Assembly: GCA_965215275.1 (NCBI GenBank)
Contig: OZ244044.1
Coordinates: forward strand, 864,001 to 928,000
Direction: 5' to 3'
Origin: Thermodesulfobacteriota bacterium
Lineage (GTDB): Bacteria > Desulfobacterota_D > UBA1144 > Nemesobacterales > JAJCZQ01
Length of the DNA: 64,000 nt
Shown: piece after piece, positions 10,212 through 20,708 of the stretch
How the letters are laid out: every line of letters begins with the position of its first letter
Position numbering within the stretch: the stretch's first letter is position 1
The notes under the pieces: model-generated
The model's input: only the letters and a program-made list of their open reading frames with translations
Told to the model about the DNA's origin: nothing
Database searches by the model: none
Program-made: the position numbers and the translations under genes

Positions 10212-10964
10212 TTACAAGACGAACTCTCCCAGGTCCTTAACCACCACGTCCGCCCCGTTAGATAACAGTTCACGCTCGTTACCTTTTCTTGCAATACCTA
10301 TTACCAGTCCGAAACTGCCGTTCCTGCCGGCCTGAACGCCCGATATGGCATCCTCTATTACGACCGCCCTGTCCGGTCTGACCTCCAGCTGCTTTGCAGC
10401 CTCAAGGTACGGGTCGGGTGAAGGTTTTCCTTTAAGTCTTTTCTGTGCTGCAGTTTTGCCGTCAACCCTTACGGGAAAAAGACAGGTGATCCCCACAGAA
10501 CTTAAGACAGCTTCGCAGTTACGGCTTGAGGATACGACCGCCGCTTTAATACCCGACCCCGTTATGCTTTTTACAAATCTCAGAGAACTTTGATATACTT
10601 CGACCTTACCGTCCCGTATGGCATCGTTAACCAGCTCGTTCTTTCTGTTCCCAATCCCATAAACGCTATCCTGCGAGGGAGAAAAGTCATGAGAACCTTC
10701 TTCCAGGCTTATATCGCGAGAACTTAAAAAATCCCTTACGCCCTGATACCTCGGCTTGCCATCAACGTAGAGCAGATAGTCCGACTTAATATCAAATGGT
10801 CTGAACTTACTGCCGGTCCTTTCCGCGTGACCTTTTAAAAATTCATCAAAGGTCAGTTTCCAGCAGGAGGCGTGTATCCGTGCAGAGTCCGTTATCACTC
10901 CATCAAGGTCGAACAAAGCCGCGTCAAACTTCTCAGGTGTTACCGGATTTTCAATTTTTGCCAT
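10212..10964 (-). CDS. beta-phosphoglucomutase-family HAD hydrolase
   Basis: FDLDGVITD, VDGKPRY, GKPSPD, IEDAISGV; next to GH65. Confidence 0.88.
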   Translation of the reverse strand: MAKIENPVTPEKFDAALFDLDGVITDSARIHASCWKLTFDEFLKGHAERTGSKFRPFDIKSDYLLYVDGKPRYQGVRDFLSSRDISLEEGSHDFSPSQDSVYGIGNRKNELVNDAIRDGKVEVYQSSLRFVKSITGSGIKAAVVSSSRNCEAVLSSVGITCLFPVRVDGKTAAQKRLKGKPSPDPYLEAAKQLEVRPDRAVVIEDAISGVQAGRNGSFGLVIGIARKGNERELLSNGADVVVKDLGEFVL

Positions 10965-11280
10965 AAAAATCTTTCTCTGTATTTATACTGAAACGAACGA
11001 GTGGAACGTGTCCCTGTACGAGTCTAATATAGCTGAAATATTCTCATTATACCGCAGTTTTATTCGTTCCTGCCGGTCCGGTCTGCTGGCTCCAGCAGGT
11101 GTCCTGACTTTACAGAACTTATGGGACAAAGTTCTGATCCTTTATCGTATAAAACCCAATGCAGAATTTATATGAGGTTTACTTATTTCACCGATCAGCT
11201 TGCACTCGCTGATCAAATTGTTGTATCATAATAGTCAGTTAACGGACAGGAACGGGTATCGTTCCGGGGAGAAAAAAACT

Positions 11281-12042
11281 ATGAGACTTAAAGATAAAAC
11301 CGCCCTGATAACCGGCGGCAGTGAGGGAATTGGAAGATCAACGGCACTGCTTTTCTGCAGGGAAGGAGCAAAGGTTGGAATTATGTCAAGAACTCCTAAA
11401 AATCTTAAAAAAGTCGTTTCAGAAGCAGAGGGAAAAGGAGAGATAAAGGCATTTACAGGAGACGTTTCAAAAGAAAAGGACGTTAAGAAGACAGTAAATA
11501 AATTCTATAAACAGTTTGGCAAAATCGATATTTTATTCAACAACGCCGGGATCCTCGAAGGTGGAACGGTAGTTACGACCTCAAATGAAGTCTGGGATAA
11601 AACGATGGATATAAACGTAAAAGGCGTCTTTTTAATGAGCAAGTACGTCGTACCCCTGATGGCAAAGCACGGCGGAGGTTCCATAATAAACAACTCAAGC
11701 GTTCTGGGAATAGTGGGAATGGAAGGCTGCATGGCTTATAACGCCTCAAAAGGTGCCGTGCGGCAGATCACACGAAGTATGGCACTTGATCATGCAAAGG
11801 ATGATATAAGGGTAAATTCCATCTGTCCCGGCTACATAAAAACAAAGATGGACGTTGAATTCATGGGGAATCCTCCGGACGCGGAGGAACAGCTTGACAA
11901 GATAGCAGCCGATATGATCCCAATGGTCAGAAGGGCTGAACCGATCGAAGTTGCACAGTCAGTGCTTTTTCTCGCTTCGGACGAATCAAAATACATAACG
12001 GGTTCCGACCTGGTGATCGATGGTGGATGGACGGTCCTGTAA
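11281..12042 (+). CDS. short-chain dehydrogenase/reductase
   Basis: TGGSEGIG, NNAG, YNASKG, DGG; probable start MRLKDK. Confidence 0.92.
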   Translation: MRLKDKTALITGGSEGIGRSTALLFCREGAKVGIMSRTPKNLKKVVSEAEGKGEIKAFTGDVSKEKDVKKTVNKFYKQFGKIDILFNNAGILEGGTVVTTSNEVWDKTMDINVKGVFLMSKYVVPLMAKHGGGSIINNSSVLGIVGMEGCMAYNASKGAVRQITRSMALDHAKDDIRVNSICPGYIKTKMDVEFMGNPPDAEEQLDKIAADMIPMVRRAEPIEVAQSVLFLASDESKYITGSDLVIDGGWTVL

Positions 12043-12179
12043 AGGTATCCGGACTGATTATCGGACCGTGTCTATGCTGAAACGAATTCAGGTTTTAACA
12101 AGAATTAGATAGAAATTATATAACTATTTGGTTTTATCAGTTTTTACAGTATTACCACATATAACCCGATTATACATGT

Positions 12180-12630
12180 TTATCTTCTGTTCTTATCAGT
12201 CTCAAAGTGGCTTTTAGTTATTGCCACTATATAAACTGTTGCTAATTTAGTAAAATAAAATATTCTTTCTGTTTTACCTATTATTAACTCTTCTAATTGA
12301 ACAGATTTGTCCAAACCTTTAAACAATGGAGCATAATCGTTTATCCCTTTCACTTTCTTATTTTTGTTACTTATAAATTCATGAAATGGGTTATCTGAAA
12401 TATACTCTGTTGCTTGTATTTGATTGATTATGTTTGTTATTCTATTTGTTTCCTTTTCAGTAAAGTGGTCTATCTGACTTATTTTGTCATTATGGAATTT
12501 ATCATTATCAACTTGCCAGTATCTAATCTCATTAGGTTTGTTGGTAGGGTAAGCAACAGTTCTAATAATAGATTTTCTATTATTAGCATGAATCTCTTTA
12601 GATAGACTAATTCTGTGTTTTTTTATTACA
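12180..12630 (-). pseudogene. decayed putative toxin downstream of Panacea (RelE-like C-terminus)
   Basis: Fragments YAPLFKGLDKSVQLEELIIGKTERIFYF / YIVAITKSHFETDKNRR* broken by stops and frameshifts. Confidence 0.45.
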
Positions 12631-12636
12631 GATTTT

Positions 12637-13140
12637 TTAACGATTTAGATTCTGCCTTTCTATCTTTGCTGTATTGTATCTATTACGATAATACTCTTTC
12701 ATTGATACAGCAGTAATTCTTGCATCTGAAACTTCTTTACAGTCAAGTTTTCCTCTTGCATCCTGCCAAGGTCTTTCGTAATGAGTAAGTTCTTCTAAAT
12801 ACCTTGCGTCAAAACCACCATAAACATCCCAAACTTCGTCAAGTATTTCCTTGGTCTTTTCAGAGAAGTTAAAATTGTTTACTACATTTACTTCTATTCG
12901 TCCAAATTTAAACTTATTGTATTTTTTCCACAAAGCATATACAACTGGGCCGTGTATCCACGCTTCTATAGGGTCTTTGAATAACCGTTTATGGTTAAAT
13001 ACCAGATTCCACGCTTGAGCATAATAAACTAACTTTTGCAGTTTTAAGTTAGTCATATACTTGTCATCCTTGTTGGATAGGTATATAAAGTACTCCGCTA
13101 TATCAGATAATTCTTTAGATAATTTTTTAGATTTAGCCAT
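12637..13140 (-). CDS. Panacea (DUF4065) antitoxin
   Basis: Close paralogue of 2433-2936 with the same motifs. Confidence 0.88.
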   Translation of the reverse strand: MAKSKKLSKELSDIAEYFIYLSNKDDKYMTNLKLQKLVYYAQAWNLVFNHKRLFKDPIEAWIHGPVVYALWKKYNKFKFGRIEVNVVNNFNFSEKTKEILDEVWDVYGGFDARYLEELTHYERPWQDARGKLDCKEVSDARITAVSMKEYYRNRYNTAKIERQNLNR

Positions 13141-13359
13141 AACAATCTCCTATAAATAATCTCACAATACAATAACAATTATTTAGATTATTTATAGAAT
13201 TATAATAGCAACTGTGAAATTTCTGTCAACCACTTGTTGCGTCAGTTTTACTAAATTAGAAATTTATATATTTAAGTTCATAAACCGAACATTAAAAAAT
13301 TTCATGCGTTCATATTAGTAAAAGGAGTTAAAAAATACTTGTTAATGCTAAAAACAAAA

Positions 13360-13480
13360 TAAACATGGCAAATCGGGTTTATTACCATTCAATATCTCTT
13401 CTAATGTTAATATCTGAATTTTAGGAAATGCTCTGTTATTTGAAAGTATAACTTCTCTTTACAACTCCAATTTCCAAACG
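13360..13480 (-). pseudogene. C-terminal relic of a DNA methyltransferase/Mrr-type fusion
   Basis: FPKIQILTLEEILNGNKPDLP on the minus strand with no intact ORF. Confidence 0.4.
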
Positions 13481-13679
13481 AAAACATTTTCACCTCGTCT
13501 TTGCAGAACATTATCACCAAAACCCGTTAAAAATCCCTTAACAGACTATCTTTATTGAAAAGACATCTTATCTGCATCACCTTTCACAATTGAAAAGTAG
13601 TGTTGCCGTACATAAAATAAATCATAAAATGTGGTATTATGATTTTATAGGTTTTGATAAGTAAACAGGTCATATCAAA

Positions 13680-15206
13680 ATGAACAGAACGAGCTTAACA
13701 ACAACCTTGAAGACCTCTCAAGTTCAAAGACCTAAACTAACTCAAGAGGCACAGCTGTTTATAAAACTGATACAGATGAACTCTGTGGAACTTAGCAGTT
13801 ATATAGAAGATCAGCTGGCCGAAAACCCCGTTCTTGAGGAAGCAAATGAAGAGGAAGAAAACCATCTTGATAATAACTTTGGAGAAACGTCGGTCTTTAA
13901 CTCCGATAATTCAGTTGACGACCACAAAGATGACCTGCTCTCTATCTTTTCAAAGATCGAAGAGATAGAAAAAGTAGAAGGTTACCTGACCCACTCGCCT
14001 GATCTCTTTACGGACAATACCGAAGAAGAAACGCCCTGGGAAAGCATGGTTCCAAAATCACAATCCCTGTATGAATACATAAACTGGCAGCTTGACGTAT
14101 CAGACCTCACTGACCACGAACGCAGAATAGCCAGATTGATAATAGGGAACATCAACGAAGATGGATATCTGGAAACAAGTACAGACGACCTGATCGTATT
14201 CTGTGTTACAGATCAGACGATCAAAAAATATAAGAACGGCGTACCGGAGCATATAAGCAAAAAAGATATACTGGACGTTTTGCACAAGGTCCAGACCACT
14301 TTCGACCCCGTGGGAATAGCTTCAACCTCTCTGGAGCAGTGCCTGAAAATACAGGCACGTCAGCTTGGATACACGGACGATTCACTAATGATCAGGATCA
14401 TTGACGATCACCTTGAAGAGATCAGCAGAGATAAATACGAGAAAGTTTCAGAATCCCTTTCAGTGGACGTAAGTGAGATAAAAAAACTCCATAAGGTCAT
14501 ATCAAGTCTGGAATCCAAGCCGGGAAGACCCTTTTACGAAAAAGACGATCAGAAGGTCATCGTACCTGAATTTTTCCTGTATAAGATCAAAGACGAGTTT
14601 CAGATACAGTTCAACAAAACCTTTCCCAAGCTGATAATAAGCAGGTACTACCGCAATCTGCTCAGGGATCAGACAAATTTAAATTCCGATACGAAAAAAT
14701 ATATAAAGGAAAAACTGGATAACGCAAGAAGCGTCCTAAGGTGCTTTGAAGAGCGAGAGACGGTATTAAGAAAAGTGGTTGAACGGATCACGGAAACGCA
14801 AAAAGAATATTTAGAGCTTAAGGAAGAGCATCTGAAACCGTTAAGCCTGAAGGACATTGCAGGATCAGCGGGCGTTCATATATCAACGGTCAGCAGAATA
14901 ACAAGGAACAGGTACATCCAGACCCCGAGGGGGGTCATCGAGTTAAAGGCACTTCTTTCAAGAGGAGTTGATACTCCTGCGGGCAGCAAGGTCTCGTCCG
15001 GGAAGGTCAAATCGATCATTAAAGACCTGATATCGAGAGAAAATCCAGAAAACCCCTTCTCTGACCAGTACATATCAGAAGCTCTCGAGAACAGGAACGT
15101 TAAAGTGTCAAGGAGAACTGTTGCAAAGTACAGAACTATGCTTAAAATACCATCTTCATCAAAAAGAACCAAAAAAACGGAGAACCGATATGAAAGTCAA
15201 GGTTAA
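13680..15206 (+). CDS. rpoN: RNA polymerase sigma-54
   Basis: LAENPVLE, HISTVSR HTH, RpoN box SRRTVAKYR. Confidence 0.96.
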   Translation: MNRTSLTTTLKTSQVQRPKLTQEAQLFIKLIQMNSVELSSYIEDQLAENPVLEEANEEEENHLDNNFGETSVFNSDNSVDDHKDDLLSIFSKIEEIEKVEGYLTHSPDLFTDNTEEETPWESMVPKSQSLYEYINWQLDVSDLTDHERRIARLIIGNINEDGYLETSTDDLIVFCVTDQTIKKYKNGVPEHISKKDILDVLHKVQTTFDPVGIASTSLEQCLKIQARQLGYTDDSLMIRIIDDHLEEISRDKYEKVSESLSVDVSEIKKLHKVISSLESKPGRPFYEKDDQKVIVPEFFLYKIKDEFQIQFNKTFPKLIISRYYRNLLRDQTNLNSDTKKYIKEKLDNARSVLRCFEERETVLRKVVERITETQKEYLELKEEHLKPLSLKDIAGSAGVHISTVSRITRNRYIQTPRGVIELKALLSRGVDTPAGSKVSSGKVKSIIKDLISRENPENPFSDQYISEALENRNVKVSRRTVAKYRTMLKIPSSSKRTKKTENRYESQG

Positions 15207-15735
15207 CGTCACAACGAGACATCTGAACGACAGGAACAGGTCCAGTCAGCTGAGAAAGCATGCAATGAAAAAGCTGCCAAGGGTCGAAAGGTATATGAAC
15301 GTTGATTACGAACCGAGCGATATAAAGCTGATACTTGAAACTGAGAACTTCAGGAACATTGCAGAAATAATAGTGAACGACGGGAACTTTAAAACAACGG
15401 CTACCGTTATCGATGAAGATCATTTTGCATCGATCGATAAGGTAGTTGATATAGTGATCAAGCAGTTAAGACGGAACCAGGATAAGGTAAACTCGGGTAA
15501 AAGGAGAAGCTTACGCAATCAGAAAATAAGAAGCCGCGGTGAACAGGAGAGGCATAATATCAGTAAGATCACGGTAGAAAAACTGCCTTTAAAACCAATG
15601 TCCACGGTCGAGGCAAGACTTCAGCTGGATATCTCCAGCCATGACTTCGTTGCGTTCAGGAACAGTGAAGAGAATGGAACGGTCAACGTGCTGTATAAAG
15701 ATAAAAAGTCAGAGATATTTCTCTTAAAACCATAA
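15190..15735 (+). CDS. hpf: ribosome hibernation promoting factor (long HPF)
   Basis: S30AE-like N-domain plus KPMSTVEARLQL...VNVLYK; follows rpoN. Confidence 0.85.
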   Translation: MKVKVNVTTRHLNDRNRSSQLRKHAMKKLPRVERYMNVDYEPSDIKLILETENFRNIAEIIVNDGNFKTTATVIDEDHFASIDKVVDIVIKQLRRNQDKVNSGKRRSLRNQKIRSRGEQERHNISKITVEKLPLKPMSTVEARLQLDISSHDFVAFRNSEENGTVNVLYKDKKSEIFLLKP

Positions 15736-15736
15736 T

Positions 15737-16192
15737 ATGAAGATCGCCGAACTGATAAAGGACAATTCAATAATATTAGACCTGCAGGCCACTTCAAAGC
15801 AGCAGGTACTTGAAGAGATCTCGGAATTTACAGCAGGCAGGTCCAACCTGAACCAGGTAAAAATACTGGACGTGCTGAAAGAAAGGGAGAACGTCTGCAG
15901 CACTGCACTTGACGAAGGAGTAGCGGTCCCTCATGGCAAACTGCCGGGTATAAACCGCATCATCTGTACAATCGCAAGAAGCAGTAAGGGAATTGACTTT
16001 GATTCCCTGGATGCAAAACCGACTCATATCTTTATCCTGATGCTTTCTCCGGAAAATTCATCTGGACGTCATATACAGGCCCTTTCCGTAATATCAAGGG
16101 TCTTTAAGAAACTGAGCCTGCGGGAAGGTATACTTAAAGCAGGTTCAGAAGATGAAGTTTATAATTTGATAATAAAGGAAGATGACCAGTAA
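15737..16192 (+). CDS. ptsN: PTS EIIA(Ntr)
   Basis: ERE..STA..GVAVPH, GIDFDSLD. Confidence 0.9.
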   Translation: MKIAELIKDNSIILDLQATSKQQVLEEISEFTAGRSNLNQVKILDVLKERENVCSTALDEGVAVPHGKLPGINRIICTIARSSKGIDFDSLDAKPTHIFILMLSPENSSGRHIQALSVISRVFKKLSLREGILKAGSEDEVYNLIIKEDDQ

Positions 16193-17108
16193 GCGTAATC
16201 ACGGTCTCACGGTCGGGAAATTCACAGACACGTACCGTGAGAAGCTGCAGATAGAAAATCTGTACAACCAGAGAAAATTAAACAGGAAAACCATACTGTC
16301 CTCAGTACAAAGACTGTATATCAGATCGCTGCAAAAAAGATCGGACGTTGAAGAAAACAGTATTCAGGTACTGGGAAAGACCGTGATCTCTCATATAAAC
16401 GCCCTTTCCAGACCCCGCAGGGAAAAAACCTTTAAATTCCTTTCGGAACAGAAAATAGCTTTTTTCATCCTTTCACAGGATACGGGTACCGACAGGGACA
16501 TTATATCTCACTTTAAGGAATTCGGCCTGCCTCTGCTCGCTTCCAGTATCCCCGTAAATAAGCTGATCACAGAGATCAATAAAATAATAAAGAACGTACT
16601 GGCACCAATGAAGACCTATCATGGCGTGCTTATGGATATAAACCGCCTTGGAGTATTGATACTGGGAAAAAGCGGTATAGGAAAAAGCGAATGTGCACTG
16701 GACCTTATCATAGGAGGGTCCAGGTTAATTGCCGACGACGTGATTGAGATCAGACGAACGCCTCAGTCAAAACTCGTTGGAACCGGCCCAGAAAACATCA
16801 AGTACTTAATGGAGATAAGAGGAATCGGGATCGTCAATATAAAGGACCTGTTCGGTGCCGCCTCGGTTATGGATAAAAGGGAGATAGACATGGTGGTTGA
16901 GCTTGACCACTGGAACACCGACACGGAGTATGAACGACTGGGAACCGAGACCATCTCGTATAATATATTAGACGTGGAAATCCCCTACGTCGTGATCCCT
17001 GTAAGTCCCGGAAGGAACATTGCCACGGTCGTGGAGGTGGCAGTAAGGAACCAGATCCTTAAAAACAGCAAAGAATACTCCGCTATCGAACAGATATGGA
17101 AATATTGA
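16182..17108 (+). CDS. hprK: HPr kinase/phosphorylase
   Basis: GKSGIGKSE, LIADD, MEIRGIG, PGRN. Confidence 0.95.
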   Translation: MTSKRNHGLTVGKFTDTYREKLQIENLYNQRKLNRKTILSSVQRLYIRSLQKRSDVEENSIQVLGKTVISHINALSRPRREKTFKFLSEQKIAFFILSQDTGTDRDIISHFKEFGLPLLASSIPVNKLITEINKIIKNVLAPMKTYHGVLMDINRLGVLILGKSGIGKSECALDLIIGGSRLIADDVIEIRRTPQSKLVGTGPENIKYLMEIRGIGIVNIKDLFGAASVMDKREIDMVVELDHWNTDTEYERLGTETISYNILDVEIPYVVIPVSPGRNIATVVEVAVRNQILKNSKEYSAIEQIWKY

Positions 17109-17947
17109 TCTTAAGTGGACTGTCAGGTTCCGGTAAAAGTACGGCAATAAAGTTCCTGGAGGATATTGGCTACTTCTGCATTGATAATCTTCCAACTCCC
17201 TTAACGACCAAGTTCATAGACTTCTGCAAAGACTCTGATGCTGATTTTACAAAAATAGCACTGGGGATCGATATCAGGATTCAGGACAGAGAAACCTTAA
17301 AGGACTTCCCTAAACTCATTCAACTGATCAAACGGGAGATCGCAAACGTCAAGATCATGTTTCTGGAATCAACGACCGAAGTACTGATAAAAAGGTATAA
17401 AGAGACAAGAAGAAAGCATCCACTGTCCAACGATGGAGATATAGTTGAAAACGTGGAAAAAGAAAGAAAACTGCTTGCGAGAATCAAAGAGGCTTCCAAC
17501 TACTTAATAGACACTTCCGAGTATAACGTTTATGAACTGCGAGATCACATTAACTCTATATTCCTCAATATAGATACGGACAGAGTATCACTTAGCATAA
17601 CGTCCTTTGGCTTCAAGCACGGCTATCCCATAGACGCCGATATAGTCATGGATGCACGGTTCTTACCTAACCCTTACTTTATTGATTCCTTAAAGGACCT
17701 GAACGGTAACGATCCAGAGATAAAGGAGTTCGTGCTGTCACGCAGTGAAACCGGAGATTTTATTGAAAAAATATCCGACTTACTTACGTTTTTAATTCCA
17801 AAGTATAAAAACGTGGGAAAATCTTATGTAAATTTAGCGATCGGTTGCACCGGGGGTAAACACAGGTCCGTTGTAATTGCAAATGTGCTTGCAGAAAGCT
17901 TCAAACATATTGAACCTCTGGTAAAACACAGAGATATTAGTAAATAG
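17096..17947 (+). CDS. rapZ: RNase adapter RapZ/YvcJ
   Basis: GLSGSGKS, IDNLP, RFLPNPY, GCTGGKHRSV. Confidence 0.95.
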   Translation: MEILILSGLSGSGKSTAIKFLEDIGYFCIDNLPTPLTTKFIDFCKDSDADFTKIALGIDIRIQDRETLKDFPKLIQLIKREIANVKIMFLESTTEVLIKRYKETRRKHPLSNDGDIVENVEKERKLLARIKEASNYLIDTSEYNVYELRDHINSIFLNIDTDRVSLSITSFGFKHGYPIDADIVMDARFLPNPYFIDSLKDLNGNDPEIKEFVLSRSETGDFIEKISDLLTFLIPKYKNVGKSYVNLAIGCTGGKHRSVVIANVLAESFKHIEPLVKHRDISK

Positions 17948-18432
17948 GGAATTTTCCTTTTTAGCTGACATACTCCACTTTACTCTTTTTTTTCTTCTTT
18001 GTTATCTTCGTCAATTTCTTCGTCATAAGATCCTGGTTCAAAACAGAAAAACCAACTTTATAGTCACACTGCAGTCCAGAACTTGCTCCTCGTCCCTTAA
18101 AGTCATGTTAAAATTGTAGAGTTAGAACTAAAAGTGTATTACAGGAAACTAATATTCCTCTGCTTAAATGGTTATTAGCAGTGTATTTAATAACTACTAA
18201 CTTAAAGGGAGTGCAAATTAGAAGGGGATTTACAGGTAACACAGAAGACAAGCCTGGTTCTTGAATCATGGAATAAGAAAATCATTAAGCAACCAGTCAG
18301 ATACAAAGACGTTAGAACTTATTGAGATTGATTAGACTTGTATGGGCGGTTTAGAAAAGAATAAACACAAATGCGAGGAGTTAATGAGCTGAAAAGGTTG
18401 ACTAATCATTCATGGTTTGATATAAGTTTATT

Positions 18433-19026
18433 ATGGAACGGAAGGGTCTTAAATGTATAATAGATAGTTTGTTAACTGTTTTTATATTTATATACCTTGT
18501 GCTTGGTATATGTGTTTTTGGTATAGCGACTTATTATAATTATTATGAGGAATTAGAAAAAAATTTAGTTGCGTTTGTATTATTAGCAACGTCAATAGTC
18601 GCTGCTGCATTTTTATTTATCAGAATATATATAGATAACCAATTAAGTATAAAGGAGAAGGAAATGTTGAAAGAATATTCAGACAAGGTTGAAGAAGTTA
18701 AAAAGGATATTACTGAAAGATTGACTTTTCAGTTGTCTTCTCAGTTGTCTTCTCAGTCGGAAGATATGAACAAAAAACTTGCTTCTCAATCGGAAGATAT
18801 GAACAAAAAATTTGCTTCTCAATTGGAAGATATGAACAAAAAACTTGTTTCTCAATCGGAAGATATGAACAAAAAATTTGCTTCTCAATTGGAAGATATG
18901 AACAAAAAACTTGTTTCTCAATCGGAAGATATGAACAAAAAATTTGTTTCTCAATCGGAAGATATAAACGAATTGATTAGAGTTTTCAATGATTTTATTA
19001 AGAGTAAAAGAGAAAATAGCAGTTAG
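18433..19026 (+). CDS. 2-TM membrane protein with tandem-repeat coiled coil; paralogue of 47279-47764
   Basis: Shared RIYIDNQLSIKEKEMLKEYSDKVEEVKKD; TTGACT..TATAAG promoter-like sequence upstream. Confidence 0.7.
   Translation: MERKGLKCIIDSLLTVFIFIYLVLGICVFGIATYYNYYEELEKNLVAFVLLATSIVAAAFLFIRIYIDNQLSIKEKEMLKEYSDKVEEVKKDITERLTFQLSSQLSSQSEDMNKKLASQSEDMNKKFASQLEDMNKKLVSQSEDMNKKFASQLEDMNKKLVSQSEDMNKKFVSQSEDINELIRVFNDFIKSKRENSS
18751..18969 (+). repeat. 33-bp coding tandem repeat (about 6.5 copies, SQSEDMNKKFA)
   Basis: Visible in DNA and protein. Confidence 0.9.
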
Positions 19027-19215
19027 TAAACAAGGCTAATAAAAACCCAGTAATTATCCTGTTACCTTTTCTCTGATAATTATCAGAGAAGTCTGTATCT
19101 ACTCATCTATTTTGTATATTTATATAGAAGGTAATGATGTTCAAAACCAAAATGCTCATCTCGAAAGAGCAGAATAAATATAGGTAATTACCCTGTTTAG
19201 CTGACATACCCCAAT

Positions 19216-19425
19216 CTACTCTTCTTTTTCTCCTTTGTTATACTCGTCAATTTCTTCGTCATAAAACCTTGGTTCAAAATCCGTTTTACCCATCAGGATC
19301 TTAACAACATCATCAAATACTATTTCATTCATTTCAGGTACTTTGCCTTGCTCTTTATACCTTTCAAATTTACTTTTCTTTGACATTTTGTTGGGATTGC
19401 CAGAAGGATTGATTTTATCTTTCAT
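19216..19425 (-). CDS. small IS-terminal passenger protein
   Basis: Stop lies just inside the TIR; its 3' end is duplicated at about 17980-18045 (FEPGSYDEEIDEDNKEEKKE*). Confidence 0.55.
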   Translation of the reverse strand: MKDKINPSGNPNKMSKKSKFERYKEQGKVPEMNEIVFDDVVKILMGKTDFEPRFYDEEIDEYNKGEKEE

Positions 19426-19457
19426 TTCTTTAATTATTTATTCAATAAATAAAACCA

Positions 19458-20408
19458 TTATGTTTTCTTGTCATTAACCATATGTACTAAACCCCTTTGA
19501 CCTTTTTCCAAACATATCTGCAGAACTTGTGTTGTGAAGACTGAATATTTGATTGACCACGGACCTTCTTGTGAATATTTTATGTTCGTTAATGGAACTT
19601 CTTGTAACAATTTAACTGTTTCCGGTCTCATATTAACTAATAAAATATTATTATCAGGAAGTAAATCAGCTATTTTAATATCTTCTATTCTTTCATCAAT
19701 AGCTAAAATACAGTCCCTAATGGTGTTACATTTTGTACTGTTATTGCAATATTTATTCAGTAATTTTTTATATGCAGGTGGAATATATATTACAAACGGT
19801 CCAGAGAGGTTTTCCATCTCTTCCTTCATATTTGATATGTCTTTTATAATACCATCTGGAGTCTTAGCAGAATCTGACCAGTTCTTTTCACCTTCAAATT
19901 TAACCTCACTTCTGTGTGGATGATTTATATAGCTGTAAAATTTTTTGCCTGCATATTCACAAGTCTTGTTGGTAAATAACATCTCTTCTAAGGACTCAAG
20001 TACCTTTTTTGCGGCTCTTTCCGTCTTGGTAGTATCTAATACTAATCCCCTATTTCTGTTAGTTTCCAATTCTCTGGTATTCAAAGAATAAAGTTCTTCA
20101 TCAGTAGGCAGTGGGATGGTGTCCATGTCCCCTAAATTATAAACCAATCCAGCATTCTTAAGATCGTTTATCCCACTTTCTTCGGTTTCCACATCCCTGA
20201 TAACCTTGTCTAATTTTATCCATTCATCCTTTCTTAAATTTGCATTACCAACTTGCTCAACATAGTAGTTCCTAGTATCACTTCTATCTCCACTTCCTTT
20301 ATACACGCTAATATACGCTTTACAATCATCCCCAATCCAAGGACGTAGTTTGTGTAAATATTTAGATTGTATTAACTTATTAACATCTGCAGCTGTTATA
20401 TTCATCAT
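19458..20408 (-). CDS. orphan phage major capsid protein (HK97 fold, linocin/encapsulin-related), internally shortened
   Basis: LRPWIG, NANLRKDEWIKLD, GINDL, LDTT..ERAAKKV.E.LE.MLF, YSYINHP, GPFVIYIP, LPDNNILLVNM, GLVH; paralogue of 55085-56104. Confidence 0.75.
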   Translation of the reverse strand: MMNITAADVNKLIQSKYLHKLRPWIGDDCKAYISVYKGSGDRSDTRNYYVEQVGNANLRKDEWIKLDKVIRDVETEESGINDLKNAGLVYNLGDMDTIPLPTDEELYSLNTRELETNRNRGLVLDTTKTERAAKKVLESLEEMLFTNKTCEYAGKKFYSYINHPHRSEVKFEGEKNWSDSAKTPDGIIKDISNMKEEMENLSGPFVIYIPPAYKKLLNKYCNNSTKCNTIRDCILAIDERIEDIKIADLLPDNNILLVNMRPETVKLLQEVPLTNIKYSQEGPWSIKYSVFTTQVLQICLEKGQRGLVHMVNDKKT

Positions 20409-20450
20409 TTTCTTTCTCCTTATCCTTTCTTACATTTTATTTTATTTGTA

Positions 20451-20708
20451 TCAAACATCTAGCTTCAGAAAAGGCATAGTCTTATGACTAGCTTCCTTTG
20501 TATTTACACTTTCGCTAAAATTAAAGTAATACCTATTTTGCTTCAGGCAACCCCTTCTTACGAGATTTTTGTTAATTGATATAAATTGTCTTTCATCTCC
20601 CCACATTAACCTTTCAAAGTGTTTCCTGCATCTCTCTTCCGTATAAAAGTTCTCTGTAAACTCATAAAAACTAATTCTTTGACGGGCTCTTTTTGATAAT
20701 CTACCCAC
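20451..20708 (-). pseudogene. N-terminal stub of IS1595-family transposase fused to unrelated sequence
   Basis: ISFYEFTENFYTEERCRKHFERLMWG parallels ISLVKLFRKFPSDAVAEEWFVKQRWG of 49430; ends before the Zn ribbon. Confidence 0.7.

Noticed and set aside
19458..20408. Classical encapsulin operon
   Set aside because: No cargo enzyme (DyP or ferritin-like) is adjacent, and the paralogue lies among phage structural relics
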